From Paecilomyces variotii (taxonomy: Eukaryota), in NCBI GenBank assembly GCA_004022145.1, contig RCNU01000009.1: DNA of 64,000 nt. One strand, given 5' to 3'. Of this stretch, positions 37,265 to 50,898 are shown one piece after another; the first letter of the stretch is position 1; each line of letters begins with the position of its first letter. The notes beneath the pieces were generated by a model. The model was not told where the DNA came from, did no database searches, and saw nothing but the letters and a program-made list of their open reading frames with translations. A program made the position numbers and the translations under genes.

Positions 37265-39576
37265 CTACATTGGCCTCGCATGGACGCCATCATGCAAAAG
37301 ACCATTCCCAAGGGGAAGTTCGTGATTGAAGTCGCTGGGTGTTCGATTGGCGAACGTGTAACTTTTGTGTTTCTGCTGGGGCAACTGCTGCGCGACGAAG
37401 CGATGGGCTTCTTGCTGCTTTGGAAATTCCTGGATGAGGAATTCTGTTGCCTTACGGTCCGACATGGCTGAAGGTGGCGTGTTGGAGCTCTTAATCGGAC
37501 TGAGCATCGGCGCAGATTCTGACAGCGGCCAGTTATCTGCATCGCTGCAAGGTTGCAGAGACTGCTCATAAGCCATCGGCGAAATATGAGTTGGTTGGGG
37601 CATGTGGATGCCCGATTGAAACGAGGAGTTGTCTGGCGATGGAATGGGAGCCCCATCAGCCCAGCTTCTCGCTGTTAAAGGCGCACCAGAACAGGGCGAG
37701 CACTCCGGGAAGGTAGTATAATGAGCAGGTGCCGACATTGGCGGCGCCATGTTCTGATACTGCATTTGGGAGAACACATCCACCGTCATGGGCGTAGAAG
37801 GAGGCGACGCAATATTGATCTGCATTGGCTGCGTGGTTGGGAATAGATGGTTCTGATCGTGCTGAGCGCTTGCGCAGAACTTGCTCTCGTTCGGGGTGGA
37901 TGGAAGCAAGTGTTGCAAGTCTTCAGGAGTCAGAGGCGTAGGTGGTGCCAACGAGCTGGAAGACGTAGAAGGTGGCAGCATCGAACCCATTTCCACATTA
38001 GCAGAATTGAAGACCCCAGCTTCTGCAAAGTTCGAGATCCCAAGTGGAGAGCGCTGAGCAGCGGAGAATTTCCGGACACCGGCATACCCTCGAGAACCAA
38101 GATTCTGATGTGATTTGGCATGTCTCATAACATGATGACCGGTACCAAAGCTGGGGATTCTTCTCGTAGGCGACATGGAAGGGGGCCCAACCAAGGATCG
38201 GGATGAACCTGTGCCAATGGCAGCTGGCCTCGGGCGCTTCCTTCGCGCAGCGATATCCAGTTCCTTTTCTGGGTGTCTCCAGGTGGTGCCATCCGTTCGA
38301 TGAGGGAGTTGCTGCATGCTTCGGGAGTGTCGAATAGTATTGATGCCAATATTACCGAAAGAATCAGCAAGCTCCTCTGAGGAGGAACCACGTCGACATG
38401 ATGCCATGTCAGAGGCCTGAAGAGTTGAAAACTGCATCGAGTTGTATAGTTGGTCTGAACTGGCGTGATGACGAATCGCATCCGTAGGAGTCTGCATACG
38501 CCTTCCCCATTCAGCGGCCTGTTGACCAAACTGTACCTCACCAAACATGTCCTCAGTAACAGTGCTCTGATTCGGTGGACTTTCCAACTGAGGAACGTTC
38601 AGGGCGCCCTCCGTAGAGTGGAGGTTATGGGCCGCGTTCAAGCTGCCAAAACCAAAGGTCTCCTCGGGGCTCTGGGAAGCACCCCAAGACATCGACGAAT
38701 CTCTGCTGCTCTCCCACTGTGGAAAAGACGGATTCGGTGTGTCCTGACTCTTATCAGCGGACGCAAATGCGCTCGAGTTGTGGATGGAGGCTTCGATATC
38801 GGACCCTCGTCGCTGGATGGTTCCATCTGCGTACTGGCCCCGAGCCGCCACAGCTGCATTGAGCGCTCTTTGCAATGAAGCAAACGTCGCTTCTCTTGTG
38901 ACCTCACTCTTTGTCTTCTGGTGTCTTGCCCGTGCGGAACCGCTGCCGCTAAGTTTTGATTCATCGCCCGTGCGCGCTGGCGTCTGCATGGGTGTCAGCT
39001 GTTTCCCAGCATCGTGTTCTTCCTCCTCTTCCTGCTTTTCCTGAGTCTCTGTCGAGTCGCTGGAGTCATCTCTGGATTCTGTCTTATCCTGACTGGCTTT
39101 TTCACTGGCGTCTCTTTGCATCCTCTCAAACTCCTCCTGCCGTTTCTGTTGTTTGGCCTTTGCCCGGCGGTTCTGGAACCAATTCTGCGAGCACTGTCAG
39201 TTTACGAATCCCAGTTGGTCATGGATGATGATTCACTAACCGCAACTCTGGGCAGGGTCAAATTGGTTTGCAATGCTAGTTGCCGCTTGACGTTGCTGTT
39301 TGGCTTCGGGTGGGCCTGAAACTGAGCTTCCAGTGTATCCACCTGCTCTTTGGTTAAACGCGGCCGTGACAAGTTCTCTGCGTATTCTTCATAGTCCTCC
39401 ATCACCGTGGGCTGCGGGTAGAACTCCGCCATCTCGAACGGGGGGTGTGCATAGATGTAACCATCCATTGTGTTTGCCATAGCCGGATGTGGCATTGGGG
39501 CCTCATAGGTGACGGTCTGCTCCAATGGCATCCCCGCAGGGACTGCGAACGAGTAGGGGTGATGTATATAGCTCAT
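37265..39576 (-). CDS. hbx1: Homeobox transcription factor (Hbx1/HbxA type), 2 exons
   Basis: Starts MSYIHHP. Homeodomain SRPRLTKEQVDTLEAQFQAHPKPNSNVKRQLA...LPRVA|NWFQNRRAK is split by a short intron near 39185-39240. Also has the DIAARRKRPRPAAIG motif typical of this orthogroup. Confidence 0.9.
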
Positions 39577-42500
39577 GGTTGCGAACGAAAGAAAAATAGT
39601 GGCGGAAATCAATTGAAGATGGGCGAGAAAACCGAAGAGTGCTGCACTGCAGGCAGCCGTTGGATATCGATCTATCGCATTAGTCTGATAGTTGCTGCTT
39701 GGATTTAACGAGAGATAGTCGAGAGACAGTTGAATTACTGGCGTCGGGTCGGATTAAACAAGTGAGTGAGTGATTAAGTGAGTGAATGAATGAATGTATG
39801 CACGTATGTACTGGCGGTAGACGAAACGAGAGACGGAATCGAGAGCGGGTAGTAGAAAGAACGTGGATTGTACACAGAGAGAGAGAGAGTAGTATGTGTG
39901 CAAGAGAACGACGGCGAGAAAAAGGACAAAAGAAAGATCGACGATGTGGATTATGATGAAGAGCAAAGCAGCAAAGAAGGGAGAAGGAGTTGAAACTGCC
40001 GTGATGATGGGGGAATCACTTTTCGGGGGTGAGGGCAAGCGAGACGATGCGCTGGATGGACGGGAGTAATCGGTGGAGTGTTGTTTTGGCGCCGTATCGA
40101 TACCGTACCTGGGAGCAGTCCCTGGGCCCGGCGTGGGGATGGGGCTTGGCTTGGCCCAGGGGATTCTACGGTAACAATACGGGAGACGGACGGTACGGCT
40201 TGGAGTTACCACCGACCGTAGAACGAGAGAAAATCCCATCCATCCATCCACTTCGTCTTAACATGAATCCACCATCAACGCCCTCTTGGCGTCCGGCCTG
40301 TTCCGTTTCTAGGGGCTCTCAGGTCTCTTCTCTAGTGGCCCACGACCGCTCATCCCAGTGATCCCACACTCTTTGACTGCTCGCTGTCCCTGGGATCGCG
40401 AGCGTGCTGGCCGTCTGGGGAGCACTCCCCGGCATCGTCAGGGCTGGCTGACCATGGGAGAGTGGTGGATCCCGGTATCTGAGCCTAAGACGCCATAGAC
40501 GGCTTGGTGTATCTGTTACCACTGTCAGAGTCCACAGGATAGGAACTTTAGAAACAATAATACTACTAAGGCGCCAGCGAAATCCTGACAGCTGGTGAGC
40601 CGCTGCTTAGCTGACGCCGCTCCGTCCGATCACCAGCGCCAGCGTGGAACGTCGACCCAGTCGCGACAATCTTGACTGTTATTGACTGGGAATAATGCCC
40701 TTCCTCAAGGCCGGGCACGCACTCGACGAGACTCTGTCGCTGTGGTGGGCGCAAAGATACACACATACACAAACGCACCCTGATCCCAGCGAAGACGGCT
40801 CTGCGGAATCGGTGCTTTCTGACCCGTCAAAGTTTGCAGACACGGTTCCCGATATCCGATGTACTGTGACCGCTCTCACTGGCTCGCCGTGTCCGTTCCT
40901 GGTCTGTTCCTGCGTTAGACCTGTGTCGCGCGTCCACGCCTCTCAAGGGGCTCTTCACTTCGCCAAGCTCCTCCTTTTCCGAATGGCCCTAGGCTAAGGG
41001 CCTATTCTAAAGGGCGAAAGTGCTTGTTGTCTCGGGCTTATTATTATTCCTATCCAACAGAGCTGTCTGAAAGTCGTGTGTCCCTCTGAGCTTGGGATAG
41101 ATAACGGACACGTTGTTGTCGTTAGAATGTAAAACGACAACCCGCCTTGGCTCGGGACGGCCCCATCACACACATCCGCGCGATTTGTCCAGGCGTCATG
41201 ACTAACAGGGGAAGTTTGATATCGCAACCACATTCGAGGCGCTTCGTGCGGTACAACACATTTCTTGGTTACCCGCACCACGTTGATAAGCCATCTAATT
41301 GTGCAGTATTTCGTCCATCCTTGGGTAAAGACTGACATGAGTTGGCCGGTCAGACGCTAAGTATTCTGCTCGCCCCAGATTTTCTGAACTCCAAATGACT
41401 CGAGAAGAGACTGGCGCCGTATGGCGTACTGTCCAATCTTCCAGTCAGCCCCACTAGGCCACAGACCATCGTATACCGTTGGTGCGTGGTACGCGGTGGG
41501 AATAGAAAAGCGTGATCAAATCGGGTTAATGCATCAATAGTTCAGAGATTCTGTCGATCACATCAAGGTTGGCAGATCTGCTCTTCACACATTTTATTCC
41601 CCGCGATATTCAGGGTCCGCGGATTGATCACACCGTCACACTCCCACAGGACTGGTGCGCCAATTGGGTTGAGACTCATGACAATTATCCAATGACAAAT
41701 CACAGCCTGTGCTCCTGTCGCCTCGCGGAAAGTAGGAGTTCATAAACATATGGTAGGCAATGCCAAGTAGCACGTCCCAGAGCCATCAGTCTCGCCCTGC
41801 AGATGTCTAGCCAAGTTTCCACTGGGAGCATGGTACTCCGTATTCGAGTCGTTTTTCGGGGATTGAGTCTTGTCAAGGGCCCGCGGCCCTGCGCAACTGA
41901 GTTGGCAGTCATGACTGTATGCAGTCGTTGTGCTGAACTACTAACGAGAGATCACCAGTGAACCCCTGGGAAGCCATCCTTTCTGGCTGGGAGCAGATAG
42001 GCACCTGACTGGGCTTGCGGACCAACAAGGGATAGCTCGGCGTTGTTGTGCATCATCGGAGGGGTAAGCAACTGGGATCTGCGAAAGATCCTCTGTCGTC
42101 GACATGGTTCTCTAGGGTCTTGAGTTACACGGGCCGCTCTGCCGATTTCTCTATCTTGCCCTGCCCTATCCAGGAGACGGTACGATCTCAATCTTCAGCA
42201 TTGAAAATCCCCGAAGATGCCGGAACACATATGGCATACGCGGTGCCCTGTAGCGGTATTGTATTGTTAGGTTCGCTTGGCGCTGAAGCTTGGATAAAGC
42301 GGCTTCTTTTGCCTGGGACACCGAGATCGCCTGTCCACAGATGCGGTATTTGCGGACTTGCTATCCGGTCATTAATCCGGCCAGGGACAAGCGCACCTAG
42401 GTAAGACACGTAATAATAATAATAGTACTCTGCTAACTATTTATGATTTCTCGACAGACAACAATAATTTCAGACCAGCTGTATTGATCGTATTTATCGA

Positions 42501-43760
42501 CGCACCGCCACTGATCCCCGTCTACCTTTCCCTTTGGAGTCTACTAACTAGTGGCTGTGTAGTCTGAGTCGCTGTATTATTTTTATTACTATGAATATAT
42601 TTGGATGATTCGAGACTTGGCCTGACTTGTGAGACAGTGGCGAGATCTGATAGACCGTCTCTAGGCAAGAGACCCATCTGTTACGTCTCCGTCGAGGCTT
42701 GGATCTCACGAAGACACGGTCTAGAGCACGATGTACTCAGCCGCTGCCGACTTTTGCAGTCTCGAGAACCGTGTCGCCAAAAGATGCGAAGGGGTCACGA
42801 AGTACTTTTCTATATTGGTGGTCGTCCGCGAGGGGCAAACCAGCTTGTAATTTGTGTTGTTTTAGTTACAGCACAGTCGAGCAAGTGCCGCCTCTTTGTG
42901 GACTGGTGGCCATAGATACCTTCTCCCCAAACACCACCCCCTTACATCCCACAAAAGCATCTACCGTTTAGACAGCGGTGGCACCGAATCATTGCCGTTC
43001 ACGTTACCATGTCCTGAATCGCTTACTGGACCATCCCCCCTTTAGGGTGCAGTTACTTTTCCTGCATCTCGCAGTGAGACTACTGCGGTTGAGCTGCGTG
43101 TTCAAGCAGGCCTGATTGTCTGAATCGGCACGTTGCCCGAAGCCGCTCTGCTGCACGACGGTTTTTTTTTTCTTCTCTTGTTCTTAGAAGCGCCTCGGTT
43201 AACCTTTGGAACTGCAATGGAAGCTTGTCCAGGTACACGAGAACGTACTTTCGTATACCAATTCCGCAACCCTGCAGGGCTCGTCCAACCAACGGAGAAG
43301 AGGACAAATGATATGTTTTTAAGAGCCTGCTCACACAGCGTCCAGGGATTTTACTGGTCGAGTATACCTAGCAGCTTTTTTTTTTGCTCTACGTTTGGCC
43401 GCAACATCATGTTACACAATCATTGATGTGATAAAGCTCAATCGGATGTGAGGAGTCATATCCTTCCAACTTTTATCGAGATCTCGAAGAATTTTTTTGT
43501 TCTATGTTGTCTCAGAAGTTGCTGTTTCCGTAGGGCAGGTGGTATACAATGGACACAACGAAGCGGTCAGGCTACTTGCCTCGTGCTTGGATCTTCTTCA
43601 CTTCTTGTCTCTCGGTAGTGTGACTTAGTATATGCAAGGTATCATGTGGTGAGACGTCTATGTCTTGGTTGCCCTGGTTTCATCTTTTTTTTGTTGTTTC
43701 AAGGATCGTCTCCTCTGCTTTCCATTTGCAGTTGAACTGCATCAGCCATAAGCACCTTAC

Positions 43761-44756
43761 CTATCGCAAGGCGTTCTTGATCTCGATCTTCACTTGTCCA
43801 TCGACCCCAACAAGTGCAACGCTGCTTAAATCCTGGACGATCCAATCCGCGCCCGCCGCCTTAAGTTGGTCAATCGTGTGAGTGGTCGCAAGTCCTAGAA
43901 CCTTGAAACCTGCAGCTTTACCAGCCTTGATCCCAGACGGGGCATCCTCAACAACTAGGATCGACGTGCTGTGGTTCAGACCCAGACGGGAGCGTCCCAG
44001 AAGGTAACACTGCGGATCCGGCTTGCCAACTTCCACATCCTCTGCGACGACGAGGAACTTGGGATGAGCGAGCTTCAACACAGCAAGCCATCCCTCGACA
44101 AGCGCACGCGTTCCGGATGTAACTACTGCCCAGGGGGCACCTGCGTTCTCTAGACTTTCAAGGATGGCTCGTGCACCAGGGATTTCGACAGCGTCTTGTC
44201 CGTATTCTTTTGGGATGCGGCCCTCTATTTCGCTGACATCTGGTGATCCGATCATAAGATGAGCGAATTTGTACATGGAAAGAACATGCCAAGCAATCTT
44301 AAGGACCTAACAGTACCGGGAGAAATTAGGACTTACACTCCCAGTTGGCTTTCTTCTCGTCATAGAGTTTGAGAGTGTCGATACTCCGTCGTCCGTGCGA
44401 TGTAGCAAGAATCACATTAGGATCCACGCCCATCTCCTCTCCTAGCCTGCGAGAGTGTGAGCGATCGGGGTTTTATTGACTCGTCAAAAAGGTCAAGGCT
44501 AGTAATAGCATTCTTATGGCTCTGTAGTCTCGACGCAGAGCCATGAAGGCATATTGGGCTGCTTACTTATGCCAGTGCTTGACAATTGCTATCCGGTGAG
44601 ATCCAACTCAGTACTGGGTTCTGTAGGGACAGATAATGCATTGACCGTATACTAACCATCTGTGGAATCAATAATAGTTCCGTCGAAGTCAAACAGCAGA
44701 CCATCGAAGGTAAGCACCTCAGGAGGAGCCGAGAAGTTCGCTTCTGCCGTAGACAT
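43761..44756 (-). CDS. gppA: HAD-family glycerol-3-phosphate phosphatase, 4 exons
   Basis: HAD motif I LFDFDGTIIDS, HGRRSID, WAVVTSG, GKPDP and VEDAPSGI. Confidence 0.9.
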
Positions 44757-45197
44757 GGTGGGGGAGGACAAGGTTGTAGACGAAAAGCACTGCAGTCTAA
44801 GATAGAGAAATGACTTGATGAAATGGAACACAGGTCTAAACGTCTCTGTAAAGCTGATAATATCACCGAACACCGAGCAAAGGATAAGCAACGAAAAGAA
44901 GAAAAATGTATCGTACAGACTTTCAAAGTTGCCTCGAACCGTGGGCTGATCTGAAATCCAACTCTCTCTTTCCCCCGCGGGTGATCGGAGATCGGCCAAA
45001 CTCATCTTCCTTTTATCTTAGCGCTGCGAAATCTTGGCGCCGCTCAACTTTCTCGGGGCCCGCACAAAATTGTTCGAGGTCGAGAGTACTGAGTCGGACG
45101 AGTTTCGCCTTGTCTCTTGTTCCCTTTCTTTTTTTTTTTTTTTTTTGCTGAACCCTCCATCTTAGAAAACAGGGAAGGGGTTTGCAAATTTTTCAAT

Positions 45198-46978
45198 ATG
45201 ACTAAGTTGGGTAAGAGAATTGCTGTCATTGCTGGATCTTATCGTGCAGATCGGAGAGAAGAAAAAAATACTGACGACCGCCTTCTACAGGCAAGAGCTC
45301 CAAGCGGGTGCCTGTCCGGTTGCGACACAAGATCGAGAAAGCCAGCGCGGCGAAGAAGAGAAAGGAAAGAAAGTTGGCGAAGAAGGTTAGATTTTTTTCA
45401 TGACACTGGAGATAATGATTGCGGTTCCTAACATACTGTTGTCGTCAGAATCCCCAATGGCGTTCTAAGATCAAGAAGGACCCTGGCATCCCCAATCTCT
45501 TCCCATTCAAGGATAAGATTCTCCACGATATTGAAGAGAAGAAGCGCCTGAAGCAGGAAGAGCAGCAGCGTCTCCGGGAAGAGGCCCGCGCCCGCCGTAA
45601 GGGCGAAGCGCAAGAAAACGAGGCCGAAGATGAAGAAGTTGCTGACATGGTCGAGGACGACGAGGATTTGATTGATGATGACGATGAGATGCAAGATGAT
45701 GGAGACGGTTCGAATCCCATGGCAGCTCTGCTCGCATCAGCGAGAGCAAGGGCCGCGGAATACGAAGAAGATCACGAAGACTCTGACGACGATGAGATGG
45801 ACGATGACGAGGACGATGAAATGGATGAGGATGATGAAGATGGTGGCGCGCGTCTTGCTGTCGATGATATTCCTTCTCTGGCAGCGCAAAGTGCTTCAAA
45901 GGAGAGTTCGAGAAAGGCCTTCGACAAGGTATTCAAGCAGGTTGCTGAGGCTGCGGATGTCATTCTCTACGTCCTTGACGCCCGAGACCCAGAGGGCACA
46001 AGATCGAGAGAGGTGGAACGTCAGATTATGGCTGCGGAGGGTGGATCCAAACGACTGATCCTCATTCTCAACAAGATCGATCTCGTCCCTCCTCCCGTGC
46101 TCAAGGCATGGCTGATCCATTTGCGACGATACTTCCCTACGCTGCCTCTGAAGGCATCCAATGGTGCCCCTAATGCCCACAGCTTTGACCACAAGCAACT
46201 TACAGTGAAGGGTACTGCGGAAACGCTTTTCAAGGCGCTCAAGACCTACGCGCACAGCAAACAGCTCAAGCGAGCTATCTCGGTCGGCGTCATCGGCTAC
46301 CCCAACGTTGGAAAGTCTTCCGTTATCAACGCTCTTACTGCCCGTCTCAACAAGGGATCGAGCAACGCCTGCCCTACCGGTGCGGAGGCTGGTGTTACCA
46401 CTAGTCTGAGAGAAGTCAAACTGGACAGCAAGCTGAAGCTTATCGACTCCCCAGGTATCGTCTTCCCGAATGCGGGTAGGTCTGGCAAGAAGTCGAAGAA
46501 GCAGGACGAGCAGGCCCGTCTTGTCCTTCTGAACGCTCTTCCCCCTAAGCACATTGAGGATCCTATTCCTGCTGTCAATCTTTTGTTGAACCGCCTTTCC
46601 TCCTCTGAGGTTCTCTTCGAAAAGTTGCTCAAGGTTTACAACCTCCCACCGCTCTTCCCTACCGGCGGCGATAGAACCACCGACTTCCTGATCCAAGTTG
46701 CCCGGAAACGAGGCCGTCTGGGTAAGGGTGGCGTGCCCAACATCAACAGTGCCGCGATGACGGTGATTACGGACTGGCGTGATGGCCGAATCCAGGGCTG
46801 GGTCGAGGCACCTGTTCTCCCAGTTGTGGCTGCAACCACTGGCTCTGAGGGTAGCACTGCTGCCGCACCAGGTGCTGACACAAAGCAGATCGTGACAGAG
46901 TGGGCCAAGGAGTTTAAGATCGAGGGTCTGTGGGGTAATGGCGAGGGAGAGGGAGAGGATGAGGAGATGGTCGAGTAG
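45198..46978 (+). CDS. NUG1: Nucleolar circularly permuted GTPase Nug1/Grn1 (GNL3-like), 3 exons
   Basis: Micro-exon MTKLG, then KSSKRVPVRLRHKIEK and KKDPGIPNLFPFK. GTPase motifs occur in G5-G4-G1-G2-G3 order: DARDP, NKID, GYPNVGKSS, GVTT, DSPG. Confidence 0.93.
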
Positions 46979-48982
46979 TTCCCTTCGACTGATCTTTTTG
47001 TCTTTGTCTGCCAAGGAAGTTTATCTACCTGTGATATTCAATGTTTGTCCGATTTCCGCTCATGGATGGATACCATACCAAAAAGGGAGGCGTTTGGCCG
47101 GCTTTCATACATAGAATTCATTATTGAATGGGATTATCTGTTTTGCCAGTGTAGCCATGTTGACAAAGTCGATTCCTACTTATGCGTGTATGATCATAAT
47201 ACCTGATGAGTGTCACGACCCGATTTCTAGAGTGTACTCCAGGAGCTAGACCGCTACGCTACTGGCAAAAGACTAGGATATTCTGATAACTACTGCACTC
47301 CCTTATATAGTCATATGTAGCACAATGAGTAAGAAATCAACCTTTTCTGACCGACTCCGATAGCCTGTTATAATCAACCTCTCTTTCAGTATACACTAAC
47401 AGACAGGGATGCAAAAAAAGCTCATACCCCCGAGCAATCGTCCACAGGAAGAGAGATGGAGGGAGGGTGTTACGAAAACCCTGCCTATGCTTTTGACGGG
47501 CAGGATTTTTCTTTGAAATTCCCATGGACACTCCAGGGTTCGAACAGGAAGCCTGCCGCTAGATGGAGGTGGAATAGCTTTGTACCACCGCACAATATGG
47601 GCTCCTTGACTGGTAAATGGACCTTTATTGTTGTTGTACATACATATGGGGTGTGGGTGAATGGTAGGACGCCGGAAGGGGGGATGGTTCTCTAATGTCA
47701 GGTCGACTTTGCTGATGAGGTTTATATGTATTAAGTAGAGAGATTGCTGGCTTTGGAAAGCGTATAGAGGAGACTGGAGTCACTGGTTAAGGGGCTATGC
47801 AGCATGGTTATCTCCTCGTCTTTCATACAACTTGGTATTGCCAACGTGTACTGTATCCATCACAAGAGTTCTTGGCTACCTGCCAATCTTCAATAGCCAA
47901 ATTCTATCGAGTCAAAGAGGACATTGGCATTGGCGTTAATCAGACCGTTATTTGGCATTCGAAGAACAAAATGGCCAGTAGAGAAGCACTCATAGAGAAA
48001 TTGGAATCTATTATTTTGACTGACTCGATCCCGAGACAATGGATCGAGGTTGTTGGAATGACGCCATATGAAAGCGCCAGTATCTGCATCTAATACTTAA
48101 CTACCCATTAATGTTACCCCCGACCAGAAGGTTTTCCTGAGAGTTCAACACCAAGATATATGCATTATTAGCAGAATATTAGAAGAATAATAACAATTTA
48201 ACCCGACCCTCTTCTGCTCCTACGTATTAATTATTATTCCATATCTACTGCAAAACCTGCAATGAAGGGACCTCCTTTAGTGCCAAACCTAAAAAACAAG
48301 CTCTCCCCCTTCCCAACTCGCGCTCCCCGCCATTTCTGCGTCGCGCCGGTTTCGCGTCACGTTCAATCGGAAGACCAGTCTAGCCCTGCACTTTTTTTTG
48401 CTCCAAAAGCTTTCTGGACAATTTTCGTACACCGCAACGTTATCCTCTTTTACAGCAGAGAAATTCGAGATTGACATTTTTCACTCTTCATCGTACTGGG
48501 TTTTTTATTTGTGTGAGCGTGACTTTTTTTTGGTTTTATGACACGGTCTCTCGATACGAGGATTTGTTCCGAAGAAAATCGTCGCTTATTACGTCTTTCG
48601 ATAATCCCTGCAAATAGCGATATCGCGAGTCAGTGAGATAGTGAGATTCGGGACGGATATCGAGACGAGACGAGGTGTTCGTGTTCGGACGATACTTAGG
48701 TGTCGGGAAAGTTTGACAGAAGATTGCAAAGCGCAGTTTGTTGCGAGGGGATCATCCTTGGTTGGAAGTCGTTTTGAATACTTGGCGATTATCTACGAAG
48801 AAGGTTCGAGCTTCCAGGATTTATCCGGCCTGCGACGAGGAATCTCGTATCTCGTTTATCTCGAGGCACAGCCAACGAAAGGATATAGACCCCGGGAGTC
48901 CGTATGGACCATTGGGCTTTCTGAGTAGTGGCCGTTTCCACGTTTCCTCTTTTTCTCTCCAGCACAGCCATCACAGATTACG

Positions 48983-50152
48983 ATGCCGCCGCGAAAATCT
49001 ACGTCGTCCGTCACGCCCGCGGAGGCGGATGAGGTGACGGCGACGCAGCAGCAGCTCAAGGCGCAGGCGGAGGGAGGTGTGAACGTCGAGGTAAGCTTTG
49101 TTTATACATCTCATTGGACTTGTGTGGAATGGAATTTCCCTTTTCGTCCCATCACGTTGCATGGGAGTCTTCTCCTGATCAATGTCAATCCCACAAAATG
49201 GAACATAAGCTACAGTGATATCATGCTGGGGGGGGGGGGGGGCAAAGAAAGCATGAATTAACTAACCCTCTAAATAATAACTACAGGACTATCTCCTCCC
49301 TCGATCCGTCACGCTTCGACTCGCCAAATCCGTCCTTCCACCAAATACAACAATCCAAAAAGATGCCGTGCTCGCTATCCAGAAAGCAGCGACTGTCTTC
49401 GTCAACTACGTGGCTTCGCAGTACGTCTTCTTCCCTTCCCTCCGTCCCTCAGACTTCAAATCAAACTCTCATAAACTAACATACGCCCCCCTGGCAAAAA
49501 AACCAACAGTGCCAACGAACACACTCTAAAACGCACCCTAGCACCTACAGACGTGCTCTCTGCCCTCTCAGAACTCGAATTCGACTCTCTCCGTCCTCAT
49601 GTAGAGCGCGAACTCGCCATGCACACCGATCTCGCCAACAACAAGCGCAAAGCCAAGAAAGCCAGCGCGGAACAGACCCTTTCCCAACAAACGCAAGAAC
49701 AGACCGAAGGAGGAGCAGCAAAACCCACACCTGCAGGAACAGCAGAGGAAGCTTCAAAAGAAACCAAAGAGAAAGAGAAGGAGAAAGATACCGTTCCGAC
49801 TCGTGGGACAAAGCGCGTAAAACGCGATGGTGAAACGGATGGAAAACAACCCGTCGAAGATGACGATGAGACGGAAGAAGAGGAAGAGGAGGAGGAGGAA
49901 GAAGAAGAAGAAGAAGAAGAAGAAGAAGAGCACGAAGAGGAAGATGATGATGAGACGCAAGAGGAAGAACAAGAAGATGAGGAGGAGGACGAGGAGGAAG
50001 AGAGACGGAATGATAACGAGCTCGTGGAGGATCTTGATGGAGATTCGTCGCGGCGACGACGGATGGCGAATCCGGATGCGGTGGATTCGGATGAGAGTGA
50101 TTATGATGATGGTCCGGGGGCGCAATTGCGAGAGAATATGGGTTTGGGTTAA
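48983..50152 (+). CDS. DPB4: CBF/NF-Y histone-fold protein, DNA polymerase epsilon subunit D-like, with acidic tail, 3 exons
   Basis: Spliced GGVNVE|DYLLPRSVTLRLAKSVLPPNTTIQKDAVLAIQKAATVFVNYVAS...RTLAPTDVLSALSELEF histone fold, followed by a long E/D tract. Confidence 0.88.
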
Positions 50153-50898
50153 TGAATTTACCGAGACAGAGGTCTCCGGTGCAGTTTCGCGATCGATCTA
50201 TCTATCTATATCTACGTAGTTTTGAGTAGTGTTTGGTTGTCCTCTTTTCTGATTCTACGATGGAAAAAGCACCCTGACCAGTGAGAGTGAGAGCATGCGG
50301 TTGTATTAATATGACATTCATATCCGTATCCATAGCATAGCGACTTTCGCAGTTCGCTCTTCTAGATAACACACACACACAGTTCGTAAAACAGGTCGAG
50401 TAGCCTTTCTGTACGGGCGGCAGTGAGGCAAAAGAAAAAAACGGAACACGTTTCCTCGACACCGCGGATAGATGCGTCAAGAGGTAGCCGCAAGACTTGT
50501 ATGAGGGATAATTAACACAAACACACATGTCGTCGACTGACCCGCTCCCCAAACCACATAACGCCTGGTATTACACAGCACGGCGAATTGCGCGCGCGAG
50601 AGAATCTGCCAACATAGTCGAGCAGGAGAAACGAACAAGATAACCCGATATAATCAGTAAAGGACGCGAATCGGTCCCTCCACCGGTCTCTCGTAAAGAA
50701 ACAGCACCGCCCCCGTCCTTCCTCTAGACCCCATGGAAACGCCGCCAATGCAAACAGTAATATATCTTGGTATCTCTGCGACTTTTCATAAGCAGGATCT
50801 GGCCCTTCAGCGATGCGGGCGAGAAGATCGAAAACTAGAAGAAAAATATAAAAGGTAAAATGCGCTCGAATGACAGCGGAGGATCCTGAAATCGACCG

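Noticed and set aside
45896-47014. 372-aa minus-strand ORF, and similar long antisense ORFs over the P450, NPL6, hbx1 and HST4
   Set aside because: These are shadow frames of real genes on the opposite strand, caused by codon bias, with no motifs of their own.
47203-47286. Possible C/D-box snoRNA (TGATGA ... CTGA) downstream of NUG1
   Set aside because: Imperfect C box, no terminal stem and no rRNA-complementary guide recognised.
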